From assembly GCF_024700885.2 (NCBI RefSeq), contig NZ_CP117016.1: 64,000 nucleotides of DNA; one strand, written 5' to 3'. This document shows, piece by piece, positions 1 through 8,871 of this stretch. Source of the stretch: Escherichia coli (GTDB lineage: Bacteria; Pseudomonadota; Gammaproteobacteria; Enterobacterales; Enterobacteriaceae). The notes under the pieces were generated by a model. The model was not told the origin of the DNA and ran no database searches. It was given only the letters and a program-made list of their open reading frames with translations. The position numbers and the translations under genes are program-made. Position 1 is the stretch's first letter; each line of letters opens with the position of its first letter.

Positions 1-37
1 ATAATTAACACCGCAAAAAGTGCCAAAAATCGCAAAA

Positions 38-104
38 TGACTACACCAGTGACTACACCGTTCGGTGCACTGTATGAAACAACGTGGAACAAATAGACAC
101 AAGA
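38..104. repeat. Left-end repeat block: tandem gtgactacacc x2 followed by 10-bp phased AACAA repeats; near-identical block at 15068..15144
   Basis: tgactacaccagtgactacaccg at 38..60 is identical to 15068..15090; AACAA at 78, 88, 98. Confidence 0.6.
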
Positions 105-322
105 AATATACAGGCGGATCATCTTTCCAGGGGGAAGCACACCAATTCATGAGGGGCGTTAATGTCGATATGGGGATCCCCACCTACCGGAATTTTTTTC
201 CGGTTAAACGTTAATCAGGCTGGTGGGCTTTACCTGTTCGGTAGGTGTTATGATTATCGTAATACCTTTCCCCCAATGGGGTAAAAGCATCAACCGTAAC
301 GAAAGTCGTTATGGTTGCCACT

Positions 323-463
323 GATACCCCAAATTTGGGTATCACGAGTAAGCCCCAAAATCTGGGTGTTACTCTTACTACCCAAACTACGGGTAGTTTC
401 CGTAGTTTCATGGTCGAGTTGCAGATCTGCAACTCCCCCATTAACCACAGGCGAATTTCCGCC
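323..463. repeat. Cluster of inverted repeats (five or more hairpin-forming palindromes), function unknown
   Basis: gataccccaaatttgggtatc (323..343); ctacccaaactacgggtag (378..396); aaactacgg-gtagttt-ccgtagttt (384..408); perfect 20-bp palindrome gagttgcagatctgcaactc (415..434); ggcgaatttccgcc (450..463). Confidence 0.45.
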
Positions 464-689
464 TTCGGTCATTCCTTAATCATCTGCGTAATCATAATGA
501 TTATTCAGCAAGCGCAATTTTGCGCTTTGCTTAAAGTTCAGCGAGTTACCGCGCCGACTTCCTCAAATTGAGGTTTCCGAAAATATCAGCGGGTTAGCGA
601 TTAAGCTGACCATTAATTAAACTGCGAAAATGTCGTAGTTGTGAGGGGTGTAGCCAACCCATTTTTGGGCCGTCGGGAATATCAACCAG

Positions 690-971
690 TTACCGCCGCA
701 ACCGCTCCGGCTTCTTCCAGTGGTACGTTATTTTCTCCTTCTCCCGATACATCTCCACGCGGCGACGGTAGGCCAGCAACTCAAGAACTCTGGTTCGTAT
801 GTTGCGCATATCCACGCCATTAAGTTCTATACCATCACGGCGCATCACCTCAGCAACAACACGCGCATAGTTTTCGGCTGTCACGCTGTCCGGCTGCGTG
901 GCCTGTTCGTCAGCCTGCTGGCTGATTCCGGCAACGCGGCGGATTAATCCCGTTATTTCGGCTTCTGTCAT
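690..971 (-). CDS. Hypothetical protein, last gene of packaging operon
   Basis: 93-aa ORF starting 14 bp downstream of the terminase large subunit stop on the same strand. Confidence 0.5.
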   Translation of the reverse strand: MTEAEITGLIRRVAGISQQADEQATQPDSVTAENYARVVAEVMRRDGIELNGVDMRNIRTRVLELLAYRRRVEMYREKEKITYHWKKPERLRR

Positions 972-984
972 GCTGCTGACCTCA

Positions 985-2646
985 TTACACCCCGCTAAAT
1001 TCTTCCAGTTTCTGGCGGTGGCTGTCGCTTATATCAAAAGCAAAATCCTCATGCTCTGCCTGGAATGTACCAAACGCCATCAGCGCCGCCACGCTCGGGT
1101 CTATCTTGTTCGGTGATTTTTTCTTGTTCGGCTTGATATTGGCGTTCGCGTCACTCTGCATCACGACGTTACTCATCGACCAGGACAACACCGGATCGCC
1201 ACGATGCACAATCACCCTGCGGTTAACAAAAACTTCGAACGATTTCGCCGCCGGACTGAATCTGAGGTAGGTTTGCGGGAACGGCTCCACCTCAAAACCT
1301 GCCCCCTGTAATTGCGTTCTGAGATGCGTGGCGTTCCACGTATCAAAGCCCACCAGCCTGATATTAAATTTCTCCGCGTCCTGCATGATGTCATCTCTGA
1401 TCCGGTCGTAATCAATGCAGTCGCCAGGCGTTGTGCGTATCCAGCCTGCTTTAGCCCACTGACGATAGATGGCGCGGTTTTTATTGGCGGGGTTCTGTAG
1501 CTGAAATTCCGGCAGATAGTGACGGGAAACCAGCATAATGGTTTTACCGACCGGAAAGGCATAGCACACGCTGGAAATATCGCTGGTTGATGATAAGTCC
1601 AGCCCCGCGTAACACTCCTGGCCGTGTAAATCTTCCTCCGTGAACGTTCCGGCACACTCAGCCCATGCGCCGTTACCCATCCACGGGGTAGCCCCCTGGC
1701 ACCAGATATTAAATCGCTTTGTCATCATCTCCACCCACTGCGACGGAATACCCCGCGCTTTCTGGATGGTTGAGGCCAGTTTTTCACGATCGACGGAAAC
1801 ATCAATATTAGGGTTCGCCTTTATCCACATCGCCGGATCATCAACCTCGTTTTCGTCGTCCAGTTCGTAAATCAGTACAAAAATTGAATCGTTAACCTCT
1901 TCGCCGTCCAGGATCTGGCAGCAATAATCATAGTGCTGCTTACAGGCTGAAACGACGTTGCTGCCTGATGTGGTAATGGCAAATAACAGCCCTTCGGGAC
2001 GTGCGCCCATCCCCAGCTCAAGCGCGGAATAAACGCCGTTATCGGGGTGCAAGTGGTATTCGTCCACGATGGAAAGGCTGGGGTTTGTTCCCTCGATGGT
2101 TGCCGCTTTTGCTGCCAGCGGCTTTAACAGGCTGTTGCTTTTCGGGTGTATCACCTTATGCGCCTGAATATTCACCCGCCTGCGTAACGGTCGGGATAAA
2201 AGGCACATCTGACGCGCATCATCAAAGACGATCCGCGCCTGGTCACGGCTCACCGCTGCGGTGTAGATATCCTGCTGACCGTTCTCCATAATCAGAAACC
2301 AGTTAGCCAGAATCGCGGCGGTCGTGGATTTCGCATTTTTGCGCGGCACTTCGATAAAGGCGCTCGTGTATTTGCGCCGTCCGGTGGCCTTAACCTTAAA
2401 GCCGAGGATGCACGCAAAGGCGAACTGCTGCCACGGCTCCAGCTCAATGGGTCTGCCACGCATCGGTCCTTTTACGTGCGGGCACACCCTGGAAAAGGCA
2501 ATAAACCGCTCCACAACCTCACGATCGAACGTGTAAAGGGGGCTTTTAAGGTCCGAAAAGTACCGTTTAACGGCCTGTTTCAGCCGTTTACAGGCCGGAA
2601 TTTTGCCCGTTTTTACGTCTTCTGCGTACTTATTCCAGGCGGTCAA
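985..2646 (-). CDS. terL: Phage terminase large subunit
   Basis: 553-aa ORF with an N-terminal ATPase region and C-terminal nuclease-like region typical of Terminase_1 family; overlaps terS stop. Confidence 0.9.
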   Translation of the reverse strand: MTAWNKYAEDVKTGKIPACKRLKQAVKRYFSDLKSPLYTFDREVVERFIAFSRVCPHVKGPMRGRPIELEPWQQFAFACILGFKVKATGRRKYTSAFIEVPRKNAKSTTAAILANWFLIMENGQQDIYTAAVSRDQARIVFDDARQMCLLSRPLRRRVNIQAHKVIHPKSNSLLKPLAAKAATIEGTNPSLSIVDEYHLHPDNGVYSALELGMGARPEGLLFAITTSGSNVVSACKQHYDYCCQILDGEEVNDSIFVLIYELDDENEVDDPAMWIKANPNIDVSVDREKLASTIQKARGIPSQWVEMMTKRFNIWCQGATPWMGNGAWAECAGTFTEEDLHGQECYAGLDLSSTSDISSVCYAFPVGKTIMLVSRHYLPEFQLQNPANKNRAIYRQWAKAGWIRTTPGDCIDYDRIRDDIMQDAEKFNIRLVGFDTWNATHLRTQLQGAGFEVEPFPQTYLRFSPAAKSFEVFVNRRVIVHRGDPVLSWSMSNVVMQSDANANIKPNKKKSPNKIDPSVAALMAFGTFQAEHEDFAFDISDSHRQKLEEFSGV

Positions 2647-2986
2647 GCTCGTCCTCTTCTTCTGTTTCCGGTGGGTTTTTACGGCGGCTTATCGGGTCAA
2701 AACCGAGCAAGGAGGCCATTTTTATCATCACCCTTTCAGCGTCTGATTTCGCGCTTAATGCGGGGTTTCTGCTCTCGCCGCCCTGACTGTTAACAATGCT
2801 GAACCCGCGCGCCGCAAGGTCTGCGACGGCTTTCCGGTAAATGGAGTAGTTGACACAATACAGTTCCAGATTGCTCCAGTCGGCGGGGGTCAGGTCTCCC
2901 CGTTCCGCAAGCTGCCGCGATTTTTCCCGCCACTGCTTCACGGCGATGTCATCCAGGTAGGCGGGGGCTTTCGGTGGTCTTGCCAT
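2630..2986 (-). CDS. terS: Phage terminase small subunit (P27-like)
   Basis: 118-aa ORF immediately upstream of and overlapping terL; resembles P27-family small terminases with an acidic C-terminus. Confidence 0.7.
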   Translation of the reverse strand: MARPPKAPAYLDDIAVKQWREKSRQLAERGDLTPADWSNLELYCVNYSIYRKAVADLAARGFSIVNSQGGESRNPALSAKSDAERVMIKMASLLGFDPISRRKNPPETEEEDELDRLE

Positions 2987-3274
2987 GCTTATTTTTCGTC
3001 AGATTATTTTTCAAAAAATTCCCGTGCATAAAAATTTGAGGAGGCGTTCGGTGCCCGGCGGGGTCGGGTTTGTCCTGAAAACGCCCCCCACCCCGTCATA
3101 CAGCCTCATCAGCGATTGCGGAAACATTCCATAACCTCGCGGTCACGGTCGGTTAATCGCTTCGCTGTGATGCGTTCTGCGCGTCCTGACGCTTTATCTT
3201 TATGCCCTGTTTCCTGTGTCTTCCATGCGTCACGCTGCCTTATAAGTCCACGGATAAGGCGGTTTTGTTCCCGC
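2987..3274. other. Candidate cos/packaging site region between HNH gene and terS
   Basis: 288-bp non-coding gap in an HNH-cos-terS-terL arrangement (as in HK97-like cos phages); GC-rich segment cggtgcccggcggggtcggg...ccccccaccccgtc. Confidence 0.3.
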
Positions 3275-3715
3275 TCATTCATCAGCGTCATACATCCAGT
3301 TATTGCGGTTAGCGGCCCGTTCTTCCTCTTCACGAAATCCACCTGCGGCACGCTTGCTTTTTGTTGCCGGATCAAGCCATTTCGTTTTCTGGTTATGACA
3401 CGCCTGGCACAATGGTTGATGGTTCCATTCGGGCCAGAAGAGAACATCATCACCGCCATTAATCGGGATAATGTGATCCACCACCACGGCGGGCGTATAT
3501 ATCCCCTTCTCAAGGCATCGCACGCATAACGGGTTTTTACTCAGATACATGGCGCGGTATTTGTCCCACTGTCTGGAATATCCACGCGCGCGGCGGTGTC
3601 CTCGTCTGGCATCCTCTGCACGCCATGCCGCCCGCCTGTGCTCCTCACACTTGCCGGATTTAACGCGCCTGTTACAGCCTGGTTCTGTGCATCGTCTTAA
3701 TGGTTGCCACGGCAT
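3275..3715 (-). CDS. HNH endonuclease (terminase-associated)
   Basis: 146-aa ORF with Cys pairs and the DHIIP...N..LC..CH..K HNH motif, positioned upstream of terS. Confidence 0.85.
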   Translation of the reverse strand: MPWQPLRRCTEPGCNRRVKSGKCEEHRRAAWRAEDARRGHRRARGYSRQWDKYRAMYLSKNPLCVRCLEKGIYTPAVVVDHIIPINGGDDVLFWPEWNHQPLCQACHNQKTKWLDPATKSKRAAGGFREEEERAANRNNWMYDADE

Positions 3716-4011
3716 CAGTACACCCCCACATCACGGTAAGCCGTCCAGAGTGCGCCTATCGTCATGGGTACGCGTGTTTTTGCGTTATCCGCGACAATCT
3801 GGCGATTTTCATACAGGTGAGCGATAAACATCATGCAGCCAATCTTTATGGCTGGCGTGAACTCCAGCCCGTCATCAAAGCGCCTGCCTATGTGTATCTG
3901 GCACGCCTCAAGCGATGCGGCAATGTATCCGCTGATTAACTGGTCTTCATCGTCGCCATCGATGCGGCAATGGAGTTTCACTTCTTCCAGGGTGATAAGT
4001 TCTTCTGTCAT
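3715..4011 (-). CDS. Head-tail connector protein (gp6-like)
   Basis: 98-aa ORF, MTEELITLEEVK... resembles phage gp6-like head-tail connector family; translationally coupled to neighbours. Confidence 0.65.
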   Translation of the reverse strand: MTEELITLEEVKLHCRIDGDDEDQLISGYIAASLEACQIHIGRRFDDGLEFTPAIKIGCMMFIAHLYENRQIVADNAKTRVPMTIGALWTAYRDVGVY

Positions 4012-4346
4012 TTTTCCGCGCCCTCACGACAAAGAATTTCAAGGCGTGTCCTGGCGGCATCCGGCAGCGGCTGCCCGATGATATTCAGTACACGCCCCGC
4101 CAGCGGCCCCGTACTGACCTTTATCCGGCTGGTGGCGTTGATGTCCTTCCGGTACCGTATCCAGATCCTTACGGTACCAATCGCCAGCTCTGCGCCCGAT
4201 GAAATGGCCTCCTTGCTGCTGACCATGTTCACGCTTGCCCAGAGTGTGTGACCGTCCTCCCACGTTTCGAGTATTTCGCCGGTTATATCCCTGGTCTGTT
4301 TCAGGGTCTGAATCGTTATCCTGTCACGCAGTCGCCCTATGTTCAT
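4008..4346 (-). CDS. Head-tail adaptor / head closure protein
   Basis: ORF 4008..4388; probable start MNIGRLRDRITIQ at 4346, directly after portal stop, typical N-terminus of head-tail joining proteins. Confidence 0.65.
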   Translation of the reverse strand: MNIGRLRDRITIQTLKQTRDITGEILETWEDGHTLWASVNMVSSKEAISSGAELAIGTVRIWIRYRKDINATSRIKVSTGPLAGRVLNIIGQPLPDAARTRLEILCREGAEK

Positions 4347-5554
4347 TCCGGTTTTTCTCCCTCGCTGATTTTTACTTCCTGTTTCCATGCCTGGCTGAAC
4401 TCATCACCACCATCACGCGGTGACAGACCTTCACGTTCGCGGGCTTCGTTCGGACACATAACGCCGGATTTGATGCCGCGCTCATAGGTGGCAAAGCGTT
4501 CGCCAGGTGTGGCCCGTAACAGGTCCGCGCTGTCAAACTCCACCTGATACCGGATACCAGGTACAGGCGAGGCCACCAGCAGGGCGTTTTTTATCTGCTG
4601 CTCAAAGTTCGCCAGCCACGGGCGCATCGTCATGGTGAGAAATGCGCGGCTTGCCTCGCTGAAATTGCTGTAGGTGCTGTTGCTGTATTCCTGCAAAAAA
4701 ATCGGCGAGACGTTGAACATTCGGGCGATGTCTTCAATGGTGAAGCGACGGGAGGCCAGCCATTCAGCATCCTGATTACTCATGCCCAGCTGCTGATAGC
4801 TCATACCCCCTTCAAGGATGGGCGTTTTTCCGGCGTTTCTGGCCCCTTTGTAGCGTTCCAGTGCGGCTAATGCCTGTTTGCCCTTCACGCCGTCCAGCCA
4901 TTCGCCTGACGTGATAACCCCTGCCGCCATCATGCCATCACGCATCACGCTCGCGCCGTGGCGTTGTTGGGCCAGCCCAAGCCCCAGCGATTCGCGGCAG
5001 ATGGTTACAGGTGAGCACCCCATAAAGCCGTCATCCGTGGAGTAACGAAGGTGAAGTACTTCCCACGGTAAATAGTTGCGGGTGTTTCCGGTGTAGGCGT
5101 CAGTGATGCAGTAGCGCCAGTTGTGTTCGCCTGTCTGCTCCACGTTCACCGACTGCGGCGGGTAAGGATGTAAAGCCGCCGGAAAACCATCACGCCCCCA
5201 CTGAATCACCGCATAAGCATTACCGTTTAACAGGCAGTGGCGGATCATCATTCGCTTAAACTGGTAGGGGGTTTGCCATGCGTTCGGGCGCTCGTTGAGG
5301 ATGTGATCGACCGGATGAGAATCAAGCCACTCGCGGGCCTCCTTCCCCTTCTCATTGCGTACCAGGTACAGGTAACACGGCATGGTAGCCACCGCCTCAG
5401 AGATGACCGTCACGGCGTTCATGACGGCGGGCAGTGATTCCGCTGTCCCCGATGATACGTACTCACCCGCCCCCGTGTTCGATGTGCCAGCCAGCGCCAT
5501 AAATTCATCCAGCGTCATGCTGCGCTGCTCTTTTTTTCTTCTGAAAGGCCACAT
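4343..5554 (-). CDS. Portal protein (HK97 family)
   Basis: 403-aa ORF sitting between the prohead protease and adaptor genes, resembling HK97-family portal proteins. Confidence 0.85.
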   Translation of the reverse strand: MWPFRRKKEQRSMTLDEFMALAGTSNTGAGEYVSSGTAESLPAVMNAVTVISEAVATMPCYLYLVRNEKGKEAREWLDSHPVDHILNERPNAWQTPYQFKRMMIRHCLLNGNAYAVIQWGRDGFPAALHPYPPQSVNVEQTGEHNWRYCITDAYTGNTRNYLPWEVLHLRYSTDDGFMGCSPVTICRESLGLGLAQQRHGASVMRDGMMAAGVITSGEWLDGVKGKQALAALERYKGARNAGKTPILEGGMSYQQLGMSNQDAEWLASRRFTIEDIARMFNVSPIFLQEYSNSTYSNFSEASRAFLTMTMRPWLANFEQQIKNALLVASPVPGIRYQVEFDSADLLRATPGERFATYERGIKSGVMCPNEAREREGLSPRDGGDEFSQAWKQEVKISEGEKPE

Positions 5555-5555
5555 A

Positions 5556-6128
5556 TCACACCCCCGCTAAATCCACCCACCAGCGGCGATTATCCGCACG
5601 CGGCATTTTTTCGGGGTGCTGCTCATACAGGGAACGGCGGGCCAGCTCCACGCCGGAATCGGGGTAAGCCGGTACCGATGTAACGGTAATTTCGTACAGT
5701 TCCGCCACCAGCACGGTGCGCACGCATGGATCTGTTGTGGTATCCCATACATCCTTACGGGAGCGAAAGCCAAAGCTCATCCCCGAGATGTCCCCACGCT
5801 TAACCAGTTCGATAACGTCGCGCCCTGTACTGGTATCCGGTGGGGTCAGTTCAAAGCGTAACCCTGTTTCGTCCTCTTCCAGTTTCAGCGTGCCGGAACG
5901 GGTGCGCCCCAGTAACATGCTGTGGTCATGCTCATACAGGCCGCGAACGTCATTACCCGCCGCAAGCCACTCAGTAAACGCCCCCCGCTGGAATTTTTCG
6001 TAAAACTCCCCCCATAGCAGTTCTGAAAGCTTATCCCAGCGAACAACGTAGCCCGTCAGCGTACCGGCTCCGCTGGTAGTGATTTCCGATGACCGGATTT
6101 CCATACTCTTCATAATTTTTTCACCCAT
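5556..6128 (-). CDS. Prohead maturation protease (HK97 family)
   Basis: 190-aa ORF immediately downstream of the capsid gene, resembling HK97 prohead protease. Confidence 0.85.
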   Translation of the reverse strand: MGEKIMKSMEIRSSEITTSGAGTLTGYVVRWDKLSELLWGEFYEKFQRGAFTEWLAAGNDVRGLYEHDHSMLLGRTRSGTLKLEEDETGLRFELTPPDTSTGRDVIELVKRGDISGMSFGFRSRKDVWDTTTDPCVRTVLVAELYEITVTSVPAYPDSGVELARRSLYEQHPEKMPRADNRRWWVDLAGV

Positions 6129-6167
6129 AAAACACTAAAGGGGCTTTTAAGCCCCTTCTGTATGCTG

Positions 6168-7325
6168 TTAATCGTCGTCCTGTGGCAGTTCCAGAATCTT
6201 GATCGCGTTCGAATCCACCACGCCACCGCCTAAATATTTCTGCGTGAAAATTTTGATGAAGCCCGGCTCTGTGAGGTTGTCCGGTCTGGTGCGAACACCT
6301 GTTTCGTGATCAACAATGTAGTAACCGCGTTTGAAGTCACCCAGGGCAATAACGTTATCCGGCATAAACTCCAGATATTCGACCGGAAGGCCCAGTAACG
6401 TATCAGGATCACCCGCCTGTAAACGGTCGCGCCAGATGTAATCACCGTTCGCGTTCTTCACCTTCTGAAGTTTTGCCGCCGTCGTGGAGTTAACCACCCA
6501 GACCGCGTTTTTGCGGTATTTTTTACGTAATGCAAATTTCAGGTCGATCAGCGGGTCCGCAGATGTCCACGCCAGAGATTCGGAAGGTTTAATTACCTGC
6601 AACGTACCAAAATCACGCTCTTTGTCGTTCTTCTCTGCACGGGGTACGGATAAAAAGCCTTTTGCTTTTTTGTCACCGTCGCCCACAACCAGATCGCTTT
6701 CTTCGGTTTCCGTGAAGTTGTCGCCAATCTCGCCCGTCAGCCATGAAAGGATGTCCACATCGGAAAAATCCACGATTTCCTGCGTGGTGCGCGGGTACGC
6801 ATAGACCGGATACAGCTTAATGCTCACCTCGTTAATCTGCGGGGTGCTGGTCTGTTCGCGTGCCTTACCCTCTTCACCGTGGTTAACGGTCGCACCGCCA
6901 GCGGAAACAAGCTGCTTAAACTCGTTGCTGCTGATTTTCTTCACGGTACAGATGCGGCGCATGGTGGATTCATCCGTCAGCATTCGCATGATTTCGGTGT
7001 TCAGTTCGGGGATAACGGTATAACCACCATCAGCGGGAACGCCTGTACTTAATGCGCGGGTTTCACCTGTCAGAATGTAGTGACGTAGTTCGGCTGGGTC
7101 AGTGGTCTGACTGCTTTTACCTGGCTTGCTGCGCTCTTCGTCTGCAATGGCTTCAAGGCGGGAAATGTCTTTATCGAGGGATTCAGCTTTAGCGCGTAAT
7201 TCGTCAAATTTTGCGCCCTCAGCATCGTTAAGACTGCGGTTTTCTTTTTCCGCGTTCTCCAGCATGTCGCGCATCTGATTTTTAATGGCGGTTTTCTGCT
7301 GGCGTAATTCGATTATTCTCGGCAT
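6168..7325 (-). CDS. Major capsid protein (HK97 fold) with N-terminal delta/scaffold domain
   Basis: 385-aa ORF with a coiled-coil-rich N-terminus followed by HK97-like capsid region. Confidence 0.85.
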   Translation of the reverse strand: MPRIIELRQQKTAIKNQMRDMLENAEKENRSLNDAEGAKFDELRAKAESLDKDISRLEAIADEERSKPGKSSQTTDPAELRHYILTGETRALSTGVPADGGYTVIPELNTEIMRMLTDESTMRRICTVKKISSNEFKQLVSAGGATVNHGEEGKAREQTSTPQINEVSIKLYPVYAYPRTTQEIVDFSDVDILSWLTGEIGDNFTETEESDLVVGDGDKKAKGFLSVPRAEKNDKERDFGTLQVIKPSESLAWTSADPLIDLKFALRKKYRKNAVWVVNSTTAAKLQKVKNANGDYIWRDRLQAGDPDTLLGLPVEYLEFMPDNVIALGDFKRGYYIVDHETGVRTRPDNLTEPGFIKIFTQKYLGGGVVDSNAIKILELPQDDD

Positions 7326-7584
7326 AAAAAAAGTCCTGGGGTTAAGTAAGGAACTCCAGGACGCGGCAAAAACTCAACCGTTTTTCATAAGGAAATCAGC
7401 AATCGCACCGATCGTTTTCCCGCCTGGTAATGAATATTGGCGAGAACATTAACAGGCGGAAAAGTGGCCCCAGCGTCCTGGCACCACGGGCGAGAATAAT
7501 CATGATTCAGTTCGGGTAAAATATGCCGATCCGCTCAGTGAACAACGTGGAACAACCACGAACAAATAATTTACAAAACATGAC
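7326..7584 (-). promoter_or_regulatory. Upstream region of capsid/packaging operon containing 10-bp phased AACAA repeats (7541..7565)
   Basis: 259-bp non-coding gap between an upstream terminator and the capsid start; gtgaacaacgtggaacaaccacgaacaa. Confidence 0.45.
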
Positions 7585-7605
7585 AAAAAGCCGGATTGCT
7601 CCGGC
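7585..7605 (-). terminator. Rho-independent terminator ending the replication/early operon
   Basis: Minus-strand hairpin gccggagcaatccggc followed by TTTTT, immediately after the stop of the 93-aa ORF. Confidence 0.6.
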
Positions 7606-7612
7606 TGTGTGA

Positions 7613-7894
7613 TTATCTGTCCTGGTAATTTCGCCATATTTCATTACCAGCACCATCCATACCCATTTCGGCATAAGTGCGATCGACCGCCTTTTTCAGG
7701 TCTCCGTAGTTATCCGGCGGCTCCGGTGGCCTCTGTGCCTTCCTGGAACATTCCAGCCGTCGCATCGTGATGTGATGCCGTTCCTTGTCTGTCTCCACCA
7801 GTTGCATGACTTCACCCCATCGCGCCGACGCTCTCCGGTAAAAGCCTTTCGCCTCCAGTTCTTCCGCTATGCGGTCATGTACCATCGTCCCCAC
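7613..7894 (-). CDS. Hypothetical protein
   Basis: 93-aa ORF in operon with the SSB gene. Confidence 0.5.
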   Translation of the reverse strand: MGTMVHDRIAEELEAKGFYRRASARWGEVMQLVETDKERHHITMRRLECSRKAQRPPEPPDNYGDLKKAVDRTYAEMGMDGAGNEIWRNYQDR

Positions 7895-7897
7895 CCC

Positions 7898-8308
7898 TCA
7901 GAACGGAATATCATCACCGTAAGGGTCATCGCCTCCCGCTGGTGGCTGATTACCCTGTGTGCCTGTGGTCTTGCGTCGGCTCCCACCAGGACGTGCCGCA
8001 CGGGCACTGATTACGCTGTCTGCAATAACCTGATAACCCTGCCGCGTTTCCCCGTTCTGTCCGGTCCACTGGCTGACCTGCATCGTGCCGGATACGCTGG
8101 CAACGTCGCCTTTTTGATGTTTAGCCAGGAAGTCGGCCTGCTTACCAAATGCGATGACCGATAGCCATAACGTCGCCTGTCCATCCTGTGCCTGGCTGCA
8201 TGGCAGCGATACCGCCATACGCGCCAGCGTCATCGGTGTACCCTTGCTGGTCTGTTTTACCTGCGGGTCGTCCACCAGCCGCCCGTAAGCTGCTATCTGT
8301 GCTGTCAT
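7898..8308 (-). CDS. ssb: Single-stranded DNA-binding protein (SSB-like)
   Basis: 136-aa ORF with OB-fold-like core, Gly/Pro-rich linker and C-terminal DDIPF tail as in bacterial SSB. Confidence 0.75.
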   Translation of the reverse strand: MTAQIAAYGRLVDDPQVKQTSKGTPMTLARMAVSLPCSQAQDGQATLWLSVIAFGKQADFLAKHQKGDVASVSGTMQVSQWTGQNGETRQGYQVIADSVISARAARPGGSRRKTTGTQGNQPPAGGDDPYGDDIPF

Positions 8309-8583
8309 GATTCCACCTCTCCGGTTTTAACGTTGATGGTTGTTACCTGTTCCGCTTCGGCAATCTCCCGCTCTGTCAGCGTGGCAAAATTTGCCGCCGT
8401 CGTGGTCATGAATGCGCTTATCAGTTTGGGATGTGCTTTCGCGTATCCTTCCCCCGCGTGGCGGTCTATCGTTCTGATTGCCACCTTTAAAGCGTGCTCT
8501 GTCATGTCTAACGCGCGATATTTCGGTTCTGTTCTGTCTCTGCGTTTTTTGAGTGATTTATTAAATTTCCCTGAAGTGTGCAT
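8305..8583 (-). CDS. Hypothetical protein
   Basis: 92-aa ORF between the iteron origin and the SSB gene, overlapping the SSB start. Confidence 0.5.
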   Translation of the reverse strand: MHTSGKFNKSLKKRRDRTEPKYRALDMTEHALKVAIRTIDRHAGEGYAKAHPKLISAFMTTTAANFATLTEREIAEAEQVTTINVKTGEVES

Positions 8584-8629
8584 ATTTATTTTTACCCCCT
8601 CGTTTAAAAAGTTTTGAGTTGTGCCTCCC

Positions 8630-8860
8630 CTTGTCTACCTTATCTACCTTAGTGGCCCTCATACCAGTAATGGCGCGGCTTTCAGCGGGGTAGAGTGCTT
8701 TTATCCACTATCTACCCCGTGTCTACCTCCCTGTCTGATTCAGGTAAAATCAGGTAGAGAGGGTAGATAGTGGGTAGACAGTAAAAAAAGGTTATCTACC
8801 TAACTTAATGCACTGAATTAAATGTATTTTTCTTTACTCAGGTAGACAGGGTAGACAGCA
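8630..8860. repeat. Iteron array, putative island replication origin
   Basis: Ten or more copies of T(A/G)TCTACC in both orientations (e.g. tgtctacct, tatctacct, caggtagagagggtagatagtgggtagacag, caggtagacagggtagacag) immediately 3' of the primase gene. Confidence 0.7.
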
Positions 8861-8871
8861 ATTACAAAAAA

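Noticed and set aside
211-571. Overlapping ORFs 211..441(-), 290..472(-) and 311..571(+) at the island left end
   Set aside because: They overlap each other and the palindrome cluster, have low-complexity composition and no start context; more likely non-coding structured DNA or RNA
8630-8860. Possible CRISPR array because of short repeated units
   Set aside because: Repeats are 8 to 9 bp iterons in both orientations with irregular spacing, no regular spacers and no cas genes; origin iterons fit better
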